Shown one piece after another: positions 9,080 through 18,665 of a DNA stretch of 54,168 nucleotides; the stretch's first letter is position 1, and each line of letters begins with the position of its first letter. The position numbers were made by a program, and so were the translations under genes. This DNA is from a virus (taxonomy: Duplodnaviria; Caudoviricetes): IMG/VR virus record IMGVR_UViG_3300012663_001011, positions 1-54,168 of that record, one strand, 5' to 3'. The notes below the pieces were generated by a model that was not told where the DNA came from, did not search any database, and saw only the letters and a list, made by a program, of their open reading frames with translations.

Positions 9080-10155
9080 AGTAAATCTTTAAATTTAAAT
9101 GGCGGCTTAATAAACCCAGAATGTTTTTCAAGTTTCATAATTTCACGTACTTGTTTTCTATGTTCTTTAGCATATTTCTCTTGTGCAAATGGCTCATAGA
9201 AGGTATCTAATAAATGATCATAGGTGTGTTCTAATCTATATATTTTTCTATTATTAGTTTGACCAACACGTCTATGCAATGTAATGCTATTATCAAATGT
9301 CATAAAATCGCCATCCTGTGTGTATCGATGATCATAAATATTATCTTTTGAAAATAGATTTTTACTTATTTCTTTAAAAATATCAGTGCTCTCTTTGTCT
9401 GTGGCATCTTTGATTTTATAAAAAGAATGAGGAGTAAAGTGTAGTCCTTTAATACCACCCGGACTAGTTACAACCATTGGTATTTCGGTTTCATCTATAG
9501 GGCACATTTTATACCTAAGCACGGCTTCTTCTGCAGGCCTAAACGGTGGAATAACATCTGCACTAACATAACGATGTAGCACAATCATATTGTTCAATTC
9601 TGACCTAAAACTCTCTGTAACAGATTCATAGTAGTCTGCGGTATTAACAAATCCAGTAGCAGTACCTACAACATTTTCAGCAGCCAATAAACTAACTGCG
9701 TGTTCAAATACTAGTTTACCGCTAGAGTGCATATGCCAGTCTAACTCTTGTCCGCCGTATAGTCCATAGTCTCCGTTTGCATCTTTTGTTGAACTAAAGA
9801 AATTTACACTTTTTCCGTTGTCAGTAACTTCGCTGGCTTGATGTAAAATATCAAGGACATCTTTGTCTGTTTGCTCTATAAAAGGCAAGTCGGCAATAGC
9901 GGCAGCTTGAAATGTTTTCCAATCTATTTTGTATTTTTTAAGAAGTTCGTATTTAAGTCCCCAATGTTCTGGACCCCATTGATGTATAAGTTCCGAAAAC
10001 TTGTTAACACTACAGTTGCTTCCTCGAACAATAGTAACTAGATTTTTTAAATGAAGTTGGCCTATTTCGGACCATTCTTCTGCTGTTAAATTATCAAGAT
10101 CTAAATCATCGATAATAATACCATAGTTGCCTACAGGAAATTTAGTTATTTTCAT
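9076..10155 (-). CDS. TauD/TfdA-family dioxygenase
   Basis: N-terminal GIIIDDLDL; DWHMH; C-terminal GDFMTFDNSITLHRR...R typical of TauD. Confidence 0.8.
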   Translation of the reverse strand: MKITKFPVGNYGIIIDDLDLDNLTAEEWSEIGQLHLKNLVTIVRGSNCSVNKFSELIHQWGPEHWGLKYELLKKYKIDWKTFQAAAIADLPFIEQTDKDVLDILHQASEVTDNGKSVNFFSSTKDANGDYGLYGGQELDWHMHSSGKLVFEHAVSLLAAENVVGTATGFVNTADYYESVTESFRSELNNMIVLHRYVSADVIPPFRPAEEAVLRYKMCPIDETEIPMVVTSPGGIKGLHFTPHSFYKIKDATDKESTDIFKEISKNLFSKDNIYDHRYTQDGDFMTFDNSITLHRRVGQTNNRKIYRLEHTYDHLLDTFYEPFAQEKYAKEHRKQVREIMKLEKHSGFIKPPFKFKDLL

Positions 10156-12086
10156 ATGCCAATTACCCGTGCTGTTAAGAAATTAGACTTTGTATAAGTT
10201 TCCATTTGTGATAACATATAATCAACAAGTGGTCTTTCCTTTTCAGGTTCGTTAAATTGTCCAATAATAGGATTGCTATAGTTAATATATCTGAACTTTG
10301 TAAATCTGCTGGTGTGTTTATTCGTAACTGTAATAAACTTGTCCATCTCACGATCAATATTTTTAGCAGACAAATAGTCAAATTCTTTCAACAACCAATT
10401 TTTTATGTACTCTCGGCAATCTTCAAATTCATAAAAGAATTCCAACATCACTGAACTTTGCAAAGGGGCAGTACAATGTGGGAATTGTATAGATAAGTTA
10501 CTCACTTCGCTATCTGGATCGTAATAATCTTTAAACTGTTTATCTACTTTAGCCATATAGTTAGTTAACGCTGGGCCACAAGCATCGCTCTTCAAAAATT
10601 CTCTATAAAACTTTTTAACAAAATCACCGTAACCTAGATTTGACTTTTTAAAAATTGTCTTTAGTGTTTTTTCCAATAATCCTGTTGTCCAGAAACCTCG
10701 TTGGATGCTAAATGCAATCCACATTTCTTTGTAATCTTCTTTGGTGTAGCTGTATGTTTCTACAACAACTTCACTTTTTCGTAGCGTTGAATTAGAAGTC
10801 TGCATATTGTTATACTTGTTAACTGTCTGCATTTTCATACGCTGTCTATATTCTTTACCGTACGATGGTGTTTCGGGAAGCAAGTGCCAATTGTAAAGAC
10901 AGATGTCCATATCGTGTGAAGCATAGACGTTTATTTCGTGATACCATTTTTCAGTAGTTATACCAGGCAGTCCAGAAATGCATTCAGCATAGCTAGAAAA
11001 GCCATACATTGTTTTAAGATGTTTGGCTAGCTCGACGTGCTTTTCAAAAGAAATATCACTTCGTTTAATATTGTCTAAGACAGTTCTGTCAATACTCTGT
11101 ATACTTGCTTTATAGCTTAGATCCCAAGTTAAATTGTTCTGGGCATCTAAGTCTAAGATTTGTTTAATATATTCTGTATGTTTGTCTGATTTAGCGAAGC
11201 CACCAAAATACAAATGGAACAACATAGGATTTGCTTTTTTTCTTTCAGCAATATACTTCATTATGTCGATATCTCTATCTCGCATAATTCCAAAGTTAGC
11301 ATCGCACAAGAAAACATAGACGCACTTAGTAGCTTCTAAAACGTCAATGTCTTTTTTGACATTTTCAATAGATTTCTTAATGACCTTAGTTCCAGTTCCT
11401 CCGCCCCAATCACAAAATGTGCAGCTATACGGACAGCCTCGTGTTGTTTCTAGTTTTCCGTTAATAGGGGTAGTAGCCATTGCATTTCTAAACAACTGAT
11501 TAATTTCATCAGCCACTTCCATCATAACTTCTTTTTGCATATCGTATGCACTAAAGTCCCATTTAAAATCCATCTTTGGACTAGATTTTTTACTCTTAAA
11601 AATTGTTTTTTTATTTTTACTAGGATAAACAACTTCGCGAACGTTATTCCAATCTACTGTATTATCTTCTCGCAAATTGTCAAGAATATCAGCAATAGTT
11701 AATTCTCCGTATTCAGCGCCGTCTAAGCTAGCATCTAAGAAGGAATATTTTTCAAACCAATCAGCTTCGTGTTTAAAGTATTGTTGGGGACCGCCACTGA
11801 TAACTAAACAGTTTGGGAAGGTTTCTTTAACCCACTTAGCAACTTCAAGGCATTGGATGTCGTTCCAAATGTACATACTAATTCCAAATACATCTGGTTT
11901 AGTTTCTAGCAGTGTTCTTTTTAATTTTTCTACGTCAAATTCGTAGTTAATTCTTGGGTGTACCCAATTGTATTCATCTTTGCGTTCGCCGTATAGTTCG
12001 TAATAACTTTTACAACTAGCCCACAGCAGAGGTAGATAAATTCCGGATGTTGAATCCGGAATATACATAACAACGTTTTTTTTCAT
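10152..12086 (-). CDS. Cobalamin-binding radical SAM protein, 644 aa
   Basis: B12-binding-like N-terminus (PDVFGISMYIWN, ISGGPQ, YGE), ETTRGCPYSCTFCDWG (CX3CX2C), DANFG. Confidence 0.88.
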   Translation of the reverse strand: MKKNVVMYIPDSTSGIYLPLLWASCKSYYELYGERKDEYNWVHPRINYEFDVEKLKRTLLETKPDVFGISMYIWNDIQCLEVAKWVKETFPNCLVISGGPQQYFKHEADWFEKYSFLDASLDGAEYGELTIADILDNLREDNTVDWNNVREVVYPSKNKKTIFKSKKSSPKMDFKWDFSAYDMQKEVMMEVADEINQLFRNAMATTPINGKLETTRGCPYSCTFCDWGGGTGTKVIKKSIENVKKDIDVLEATKCVYVFLCDANFGIMRDRDIDIMKYIAERKKANPMLFHLYFGGFAKSDKHTEYIKQILDLDAQNNLTWDLSYKASIQSIDRTVLDNIKRSDISFEKHVELAKHLKTMYGFSSYAECISGLPGITTEKWYHEINVYASHDMDICLYNWHLLPETPSYGKEYRQRMKMQTVNKYNNMQTSNSTLRKSEVVVETYSYTKEDYKEMWIAFSIQRGFWTTGLLEKTLKTIFKKSNLGYGDFVKKFYREFLKSDACGPALTNYMAKVDKQFKDYYDPDSEVSNLSIQFPHCTAPLQSSVMLEFFYEFEDCREYIKNWLLKEFDYLSAKNIDREMDKFITVTNKHTSRFTKFRYINYSNPIIGQFNEPEKERPLVDYMLSQMETYTKSNFLTARVIGI

Positions 12087-12175
12087 CTGTAGATGTAAGG
12101 TGATCTTTTAGAAAGTTCTTTAATTTTTTTACGATATCTAATTCTAATATAAATGGATCTTAAGAATGTAAGCAT
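12083..12175 (-). CDS. Unannotated 30-aa basic peptide MLTFLRSIYIRIRYRKKIKELSKRSPYIYR
   Basis: Fills the gap exactly: start overlaps the SGNH gene end; TGA overlaps the radical SAM ATG (ATGA). Confidence 0.65.
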   Translation of the reverse strand: MLTFLRSIYIRIRYRKKIKELSKRSPYIYR

Positions 12176-12987
12176 TTTATTTTCTCCGCGATGTGTGTAG
12201 CAACAATGGCGTGAGCCTCTTGATCAAAATGATATCTCGGTAGTTGAGAATTAGGCGGTACTAAATCCTTTAGTGTTGTTCCTAGTACATTATAATTATG
12301 ATGTTTACTAGCAAAGTGCTGACTTAGCCCATCACCAAACTGAGGTTCTTTGTCAGACTTAATACAAACTTTTTTAGTTTTGTCTACACCTGTTTTAATA
12401 TCAAAAAATGCCCAGTCTACAATATCAATGTCGCACCAAACTATGTAAGTTGGGATTCCTTTTGCTCGCAGGGCATCGGCTGCGTAATACATAAACAATG
12501 TATCGTCTATTGCTAGCATTGATTCATTGTAAAATTCAAAGAACATTTCTTTTAAAAGATTGTTCTGTGTTTTTGTTAATCTATCGTCAAAGATAGTAGG
12601 ATGTACTACAAAACTACCAACAGTTTTGTCAGTTTCTGTTTCTTTATACTTAACCCAAAATCTATTGTGTGTTGTAAATTGCAATATAACTACATTGCCT
12701 TCTTCGTAGTGATCTTCAGTGAAGTGCGAAATTGCTCTACACGCAATTTCTTTATTTGACATTCCTGGCGAACCAAAATTATCAAATTCAACTCCTAGAT
12801 TTTCTGCTACTTTTGCAGGAAAGGAATGTTTGTAATTGTAAGCGTTGATGTCTTCTTTTTCGAATTGTTTTGCAACCTTACGTGCATCCTCGAAAGATAA
12901 GGACTTATAATTAGGAACGTGTGCTTCTTCGAAAAGCTCATTGCCTCCCGTAATACTGCAACCGAAAAAAGTGAGTTTTTTTATCAT
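12160..12987 (-). CDS. SGNH/GDSL hydrolase-like protein
   Basis: FFGCSITGG block I, NFGSPGMSN, C-terminal YHFDQEAH. Confidence 0.65.
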   Translation of the reverse strand: MIKKLTFFGCSITGGNELFEEAHVPNYKSLSFEDARKVAKQFEKEDINAYNYKHSFPAKVAENLGVEFDNFGSPGMSNKEIACRAISHFTEDHYEEGNVVILQFTTHNRFWVKYKETETDKTVGSFVVHPTIFDDRLTKTQNNLLKEMFFEFYNESMLAIDDTLFMYYAADALRAKGIPTYIVWCDIDIVDWAFFDIKTGVDKTKKVCIKSDKEPQFGDGLSQHFASKHHNYNVLGTTLKDLVPPNSQLPRYHFDQEAHAIVATHIAEKIKCLHS

Positions 12988-12994
12988 AGTGAAC

Positions 12995-13010
12995 TATTTA
13001 CCTATAAATA
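12995..13010. promoter_or_regulatory. Back-to-back late-type promoters
   Basis: TAAATA on minus (12995-13000; 7 nt before ATG 12987) and TATAAATA on plus (13003-13010). Confidence 0.6.
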
Positions 13011-13100
13011 TCTTGCCGGATTATTTTAATCCAAGTTTATTTATTATACAGTATTTGTACTATATAATCTAGTTTTTCGTTGCCAAACATTAGGATCAAT

Positions 13101-13838
13101 ATGACTGAACAAGAAATTTTTAAAATGAAAAAAATATGGAGAGGACACGAAATTCCAATATATGATTATTTGATGAGCTTTCGTGAAGCGTTGACAACGG
13201 AGTTTATGGGCAATCATACCTCTGTCGAAGATGCTGCTAAATCCTTTGGAGTTGCAAATTTAGACCTGCGTGGACTTGGGCTAACGTTAGAAGAAAGTGC
13301 AAAAGGAATAGTAAGTAGAGACAAGGATACTGGAGAATTTAAAACCAATGTTGAAGGTTGGATGGGCATACATTTTAAATACGAAAGACACGACGAAATG
13401 ATTGATGTTGCTTTAGAAAGAAAAGAAACAGAACGGATTGCTAAACGATATCCCACAGCATTTAAGTTGATGAAAGAATATGGTCCATACTGTGTTGGGG
13501 CAAACTACAGCATTTTAGCACCACAAACAATCTTACATAGACACACTGGTCCTGAAAATAGAGATGGCAAATATTTAAGAATTCACGTACCGTTAATAAT
13601 TCCCGAAGGTGACTTGTTTCTGGAGGCCAGCGGCGAAGAAGTTAATTGGGATGATCTGTGGGGGTTTAATAATCAACACGCTCATAGTGCATACAATTAT
13701 TCCAATGAATGGCGAATTATTTTTATGATAGACCTTGATATGGAGCATATTGGTATGGAATATCAACCAGTGTACAATCCGGCCATCGACCTTTGTCATA
13801 AGCCGTTCATTAGAGGAAAATTTACAGGTCAAATTTAA
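13101..13838 (+). CDS. Aspartyl/asparaginyl beta-hydroxylase (AspH/LpxO-like) family protein
   Basis: ILHRHTGP...LRIHVPLIIP...AHSAYN...RIIFMID; AGGA SD before ATG 13101. Confidence 0.8.
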   Translation: MTEQEIFKMKKIWRGHEIPIYDYLMSFREALTTEFMGNHTSVEDAAKSFGVANLDLRGLGLTLEESAKGIVSRDKDTGEFKTNVEGWMGIHFKYERHDEMIDVALERKETERIAKRYPTAFKLMKEYGPYCVGANYSILAPQTILHRHTGPENRDGKYLRIHVPLIIPEGDLFLEASGEEVNWDDLWGFNNQHAHSAYNYSNEWRIIFMIDLDMEHIGMEYQPVYNPAIDLCHKPFIRGKFTGQI

Positions 13839-13839
13839 A

Positions 13840-14478
13840 ATGTCAAAGATAACCCTCTTTACAAGTGGTAGCACGACAATACCAAAATTAATAACGCACA
13901 ACAATATTGAGCAACATATACAGCGTTCAATTAAAGAAATTGGTCTAACTTCTCAAGATCGAGTGCTTAATGTTTTTCCTGCTAATGTAATTGCCAACTA
14001 CACAGTAACAGCAATGCCTGCTTATGTAGCTGGTGCAGAACTGTTTACTGCAACATTTGAACCGTATTCGTACATTAAAATCTTCAATGAATTTAAACCA
14101 ACTTATATATCATTGATACCCCGCCACTATGAAATACTTTCTAAGACCAAGGAGTGGAATAACTTCGATATGAGTTCAGTTAGATATATGGTAACGGGCA
14201 GTGGTAATGTCAGTCAACAAATGATCAACGATTTCAGGGATCGAGGAGTTAAAACAGTAGCGAACTGGTACGGTATGACCGAAATGCCTCCCCCTGTGTT
14301 TATAGGGTATAACACAGAGTCGTTTGACTTTACAGCTAAAGACGGTTATAATGTAGACTTTACAGACGAAGGCGAATGTGTTATTAACGGATTTCATACC
14401 AACGACTTGTTTGACGTGACACGTAAAATATTTTTAAAAAGGAAAGTTACCTCAAATGGTAATACCTGGAAAACCTAA
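13840..14478 (+). CDS. Truncated AMP-binding (ANL adenylation) enzyme, 212 aa
   Basis: Begins directly at the A3 loop FTSGSTTIPK; YGMTE (A5); FHTND (A7-like); lacks the N-terminal third and the C-terminal lid. Confidence 0.75.
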   Translation: MSKITLFTSGSTTIPKLITHNNIEQHIQRSIKEIGLTSQDRVLNVFPANVIANYTVTAMPAYVAGAELFTATFEPYSYIKIFNEFKPTYISLIPRHYEILSKTKEWNNFDMSSVRYMVTGSGNVSQQMINDFRDRGVKTVANWYGMTEMPPPVFIGYNTESFDFTAKDGYNVDFTDEGECVINGFHTNDLFDVTRKIFLKRKVTSNGNTWKT

Positions 14479-15028
14479 TCTAGAAATTCGGTTATTAACC
14501 GACGAGCATAGAAAACTAGATAAATTTTTGTTGGCTTGTAAATCACTAGGCTTAGAAAATAACAAAGATGCCGCTGCTATTAAGCTAGATAAAATGCAGA
14601 TGCCGTATGGTCAATATTTTATTGGCTGGGATAACGATGCAGACTGTATTTGGAATTTAGCTGGTGTACATAAATTGCCTGAGGTGGGTGAAAACGTATG
14701 GCGTGTTCTATTCCGCGGAGCACAACTTCCCGGATATGCAATTGGAACAGGTAAAGATTTTCTTAGAGTAAGTTATCATTGGCGTTATTTTTTACCGTTA
14801 CAAATAAAGTATATTCAAGCAGGTTATCCCGATGCTAAGTTTGTGGTAACAACCAACGTAGAAAATAGTAGTGCAGGAAAAAGTGATAGATTAGATAAAA
14901 AGGTAATGCCCCCGCTTTTACACAGAGGCATTGTTTCTTTACATAGTACTGTTGAGCTTTTTAACACTCAACAAAATGTTTGGTTAATTGATGTAGATAA
15001 TCTTACTCAAGCTCTAGCTCAATATTAA
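14456..15028 (+). CDS. Hypothetical protein (possible GNAT-like fold)
   Basis: Coupled ORF; WRVLFRGAQLPGY weakly recalls an acyltransferase motif A. Confidence 0.5.
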   Translation: MVIPGKPNLEIRLLTDEHRKLDKFLLACKSLGLENNKDAAAIKLDKMQMPYGQYFIGWDNDADCIWNLAGVHKLPEVGENVWRVLFRGAQLPGYAIGTGKDFLRVSYHWRYFLPLQIKYIQAGYPDAKFVVTTNVENSSAGKSDRLDKKVMPPLLHRGIVSLHSTVELFNTQQNVWLIDVDNLTQALAQY

Positions 15029-16250
15029 CTGTTGAAGCAGATTTTGTATCTAAGTCAACAATTGTAAGCACTGAACTTAATTTATTATCTTCATTCAAAT
15101 CAAAGCGGTACGGTACAAGTAAAATACTATTATCAGTATTATTAATAGGGCCGTAAGTTACATTGTTTGTAGGTAATTTAAATTCTTCTACTAACTTGTC
15201 ACCTTGCACTTTAAACACGCTCGACGGAGCATCAGTCATTTCGGGATTTTGAATACTTGGGAATAAGTAAACTTCCTTATTTAACACAAATGGTTTAGCA
15301 CCTAAGTGAAAATCTGTTTTCACAGTTTCTACAGTGTTAGTAGTTAGATCAAATTTAACTAATTCATTACCCGTGTTCCAGCAAGTATGTGTGTAGAATA
15401 CATTGTTATCTTCAACGCCATATTTGAAACCCATCATACTGTTACCAGTTGGATGTGCAGTTGGAAGATATTCGAACGCTTCAACCGTTTTTCCATCATA
15501 TACCCAAAAGTGCATTTGATCGACTACTCCGCCCATTGTTAAAGGAACTCCAACTGCTTTGCCGTTGTGCGAAAATGCATTGTAGAATGTGCTAGCCACA
15601 GGAGCATCAATAAACTTGTGCTCGTTCGTTGTTAGATTTAAAACTAGTAACTTGGTTGTTTTGTTACCGTATGGGAAGAACAATACTTCGTTTAATTCTG
15701 GAACATATGTACACCAAATACTTGCTGTATCGTCCGGAACATCGTGCGCTACGAAAGAAGTTGTTTCAGTGTCAAATACAATAATTACTCCGCTGTTTAA
15801 TGGAGGGTAGATAATTTTCTTGCCAACAACAATAGGACGGCCAAAGTTAAAATGTCCGCAGAATGTCTTTGGCGTTTCAGTACCGTGGATACTAACAGCC
15901 TTTTCTTCAATCATAGTTACTTTGTTCGTAGCTAGATCTACAGCGGCAATACGAACCACGCTATCAACGTGTTTCTTTTGTGTACGCATTACATATGCAA
16001 TGTTATCAATTACAACTACGCAACGATAACGATCTCCTACTTCACTACAAGCATTAAGATCAATAAATGTAGTTTCTTTTGTTTTGGTGTTTACACGAAG
16101 CAGTCCTGCTTTTGCGGCTGCATCTTTGTTGAAATCTCTAGTAACTTCACCCTCTACACGGACTTTACCCGTTGTAATGACACTTAGATACTCATTATTA
16201 CCAATGTAATATGGGTCATCTAAAACCTGCGAAAAAAACGTATTTGACAT
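15003..16250 (-). CDS. Beta-propeller-like repeat protein, 415 aa
   Basis: Repeats KIIYPP, VLFFPYG, VYLFP, ILLVPY, each followed by (V/I)(F/L)D/NxxT. Confidence 0.6.
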   Translation of the reverse strand: MSNTFFSQVLDDPYYIGNNEYLSVITTGKVRVEGEVTRDFNKDAAAKAGLLRVNTKTKETTFIDLNACSEVGDRYRCVVVIDNIAYVMRTQKKHVDSVVRIAAVDLATNKVTMIEEKAVSIHGTETPKTFCGHFNFGRPIVVGKKIIYPPLNSGVIIVFDTETTSFVAHDVPDDTASIWCTYVPELNEVLFFPYGNKTTKLLVLNLTTNEHKFIDAPVASTFYNAFSHNGKAVGVPLTMGGVVDQMHFWVYDGKTVEAFEYLPTAHPTGNSMMGFKYGVEDNNVFYTHTCWNTGNELVKFDLTTNTVETVKTDFHLGAKPFVLNKEVYLFPSIQNPEMTDAPSSVFKVQGDKLVEEFKLPTNNVTYGPINNTDNSILLVPYRFDLNEDNKLSSVLTIVDLDTKSASTVNIELELE

Positions 16251-16283
16251 AGGAACCTTCCCTTTTTAAATTCTATTCTATAT

Positions 16284-17009
16284 TTATTCGACAATACCCT
16301 GCATACCCACAACTTCTGGTATATAATCTAGATCTATTCTTGATAACAAGTGGGTACGTTCTGTATCACCACCGTTAAAAGTACCGTGAGGTACTATTGG
16401 ATTTATAATATATATTTTACCAACTTCCATTTGATAAACTCTTTCGTCATTTTCGCCAAATGTGAAAACAGCATTAGAATTTGTATATAACGGGATATGC
16501 AATTTTTTTAAATCGCTGTCAACGTGATTTGCTACCTGCAATCCTGCAGGATGATTAGAAACTAACATTTGACGCAACGCTCGCTCAGAAAGTCTGTTTA
16601 ACAATTTTTCTAGTATACCAAAGACATAACGTGGTTGCGGGTGAGCAGTTTCTGCAAAATCCATTTGGCTAATATCTTTTATCTCAGGATATACATTGGG
16701 ATCTGCTTGAAATCTGCTAGGACACGGAATATCACGGTTAACTGGCCAACTAACTGACCAAGCACTGACATTTCCTATATAGTTTCCCACTTTGCCTTCC
16801 TTTTGAAATCGTTCATATATTTCTGGACGCAGATAGTCTTTAGAGTCAAAACTAAAACAGAAGTCAGCAAGTTCAGTTTTTAACTTGTGATAATACTCAA
16901 ACAATTGTATAGGATCAATGGTTAAGTTGATCTCAATAATATCCCAATCCTTACTAGCAAGAAATTCTGTAGTCAAATCTACAGGGTTACAGTGTTTCAA
17001 ATATCTCAT
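16284..17009 (-). CDS. AspH-like Fe(II)/2OG oxygenase
   Basis: NHVD...LHIPLYTN...HGTFNGG...RTHL. Confidence 0.75.
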   Translation of the reverse strand: MRYLKHCNPVDLTTEFLASKDWDIIEINLTIDPIQLFEYYHKLKTELADFCFSFDSKDYLRPEIYERFQKEGKVGNYIGNVSAWSVSWPVNRDIPCPSRFQADPNVYPEIKDISQMDFAETAHPQPRYVFGILEKLLNRLSERALRQMLVSNHPAGLQVANHVDSDLKKLHIPLYTNSNAVFTFGENDERVYQMEVGKIYIINPIVPHGTFNGGDTERTHLLSRIDLDYIPEVVGMQGIVE

Positions 17010-17584
17010 ATTTTCTTAACCGTTAGCACATCATCTACCATATCAGCTGGTATTTTAAAAAAGAAATGTGCTCTATTCGTTGTTCCTAAATTGTTAGTAC
17101 CGTGCATTAATGTAGTATTTACAAGATATGCTTTGCCGGGCTCAAGTATAAATTTTTCGTCTTCGAATGTAAAATAACTGTTATCATTACCCTGTATGGG
17201 TACGTGTATCTTAATCCACTTAGCAGTATCGGTGTGTAAATTAATTACAGTACCTGGTGGATGAACAGCAATACTGTGTTGTCGAGAGTAAGGAAACGCT
17301 TCTTTTATGCTTTCTGCAAACCCAAACATCAATGCAGTATCTCGATAATCTTGAGTACCTTCTTTATGCACGTGATAAGGAGGGCAAGGCTGAGTTAGGT
17401 CTTTTAAGTTGCTTTGTATTCCCCATCCGTAAACTCCTTCAATTTGATGCTTGCTAGAATCGTTAACATCATTACGATCAGCGTCCCATCGCAGGTGTAT
17501 CCAGGATCTTTCTAAATAGTCAAAATAGTTTTTTAACTCTTGTAGAGAAAATTCTAAATTTAATTCTTTTATTTTCCAATCCAT
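17006..17584 (-). CDS. AspH-like Fe(II)/2OG oxygenase
   Basis: LHTD...IHVPI...GKAYLVNTTLMHGTNN...RAH. Confidence 0.75.
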   Translation of the reverse strand: MDWKIKELNLEFSLQELKNYFDYLERSWIHLRWDADRNDVNDSSKHQIEGVYGWGIQSNLKDLTQPCPPYHVHKEGTQDYRDTALMFGFAESIKEAFPYSRQHSIAVHPPGTVINLHTDTAKWIKIHVPIQGNDNSYFTFEDEKFILEPGKAYLVNTTLMHGTNNLGTTNRAHFFFKIPADMVDDVLTVKKI

Positions 17585-17997
17585 TCTTGTCTCAATAATT
17601 TTAAAACGTGTTGATTGCCAGCAGATTGATCGTTAATAAACGATTCCACTGCTACACTACGCGACTTACCTTTTGTACAGTAAATATTTACAACACTGTC
17701 GTTGGGTATGTGTCTAATAAAATTTACCAATTCCTGTGCCTGGGTTACTACCATTGCCTTGGCGCTATAATGCCTGTTAATGTCGGCACCCCACTTAACT
17801 GTATCTTCTTCACAGTCATCAAAAATTAATTTAATAACATTTGGATGTTCTGTTAAAAAATAGCTATCTGCATAAGGGCCGCCAGTTGGGTCAATACAAA
17901 TAAAATATTCTTTGAATGTTTCTACAGTGGAGTCAGTTATGTTTCTAGACTCCATTGCTTTTACAAAGGTCTCTTTTGAAAATACTCTAGTTTTCAT
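17569..17997 (-). CDS. CX5R phosphatase-like protein
   Basis: NIYCTKGKSRS (CX5R) and FDD loop; distant relative of 3302-3769. Confidence 0.65.
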   Translation of the reverse strand: MKTRVFSKETFVKAMESRNITDSTVETFKEYFICIDPTGGPYADSYFLTEHPNVIKLIFDDCEEDTVKWGADINRHYSAKAMVVTQAQELVNFIRHIPNDSVVNIYCTKGKSRSVAVESFINDQSAGNQHVLKLLRQEWIGK

Positions 17998-18665
17998 AAT
18001 TTTAATTTCTGAATATCTTCAGTCCATACTTTACCGTAGAGATGTATACGGTCAGTAATACCTTTATTTTCTAAACTGTGAGGTAAAGTAGTATTAACTA
18101 GATATGCTATGCCTGGCTCCATATGAAATTCCTCACCATCAATAATCCAACAACTTTCATCGTTGGTGTATATAGGAATATGTACACGTATTTTGTCAGG
18201 ACTATCTTGATGATCAATTAGTCTAGTTCCCGGAGTATGAATTGTTACTAGCCATTTTTTACTGCGAACCGGTAGCTTAGTAACAATGTCTAATCCGTAG
18301 CCTGTAAAACATTTACGTGGGTTAAGTTGGCCATTATCGTTATCTCTATATTCAGGTTTTGCCTGTCCTTGTTCGAAAGGCTTAGGTCCGGGCTCGTTGC
18401 TATTCCAGCAAAGTGTGTAGTATGCGGTGTCTGGCATTAATCGATGCCCGATTACTCCTTCCGGGTCACCGATATCTTCTATCCATACGTGTTTTGTTTC
18501 TCCGTAGACAAATCTCCAATCGTAATAATCTCTTTCAAGATCGGCATACCAGGCACGTATTTTTTCAACATCAACTCTAAACCAAGGCTTTACTTTCCAG
18601 CCTAGATCCACCTGAGGATATGTTTGAATGTACCTCTTAAATCCCGGTACTCTAACGCCATCCAT
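17994..18665 (-). CDS. AspH-like Fe(II)/2OG oxygenase
   Basis: DHQD...RVHIPIYTN...AYLVNTTLPHSLEN...RIHL. Confidence 0.75.
   Translation of the reverse strand: MDGVRVPGFKRYIQTYPQVDLGWKVKPWFRVDVEKIRAWYADLERDYYDWRFVYGETKHVWIEDIGDPEGVIGHRLMPDTAYYTLCWNSNEPGPKPFEQGQAKPEYRDNDNGQLNPRKCFTGYGLDIVTKLPVRSKKWLVTIHTPGTRLIDHQDSPDKIRVHIPIYTNDESCWIIDGEEFHMEPGIAYLVNTTLPHSLENKGITDRIHLYGKVWTEDIQKLKL

Noticed and set aside
13011-13100. Hairpins GGATTA-TTT-TAATCC and ATTATACAGTA...TACTATATAAT in the AspH leader as a regulatory RNA
   Set aside because: Very AT-rich, weak stems expected by chance; no recognisable motif.
13101-13838. HxG motif (RHTGP) as a sign of a halogenase
   Set aside because: AspH-family hydroxylases natively carry HTGP with a two-His site, so this is normal for the family.
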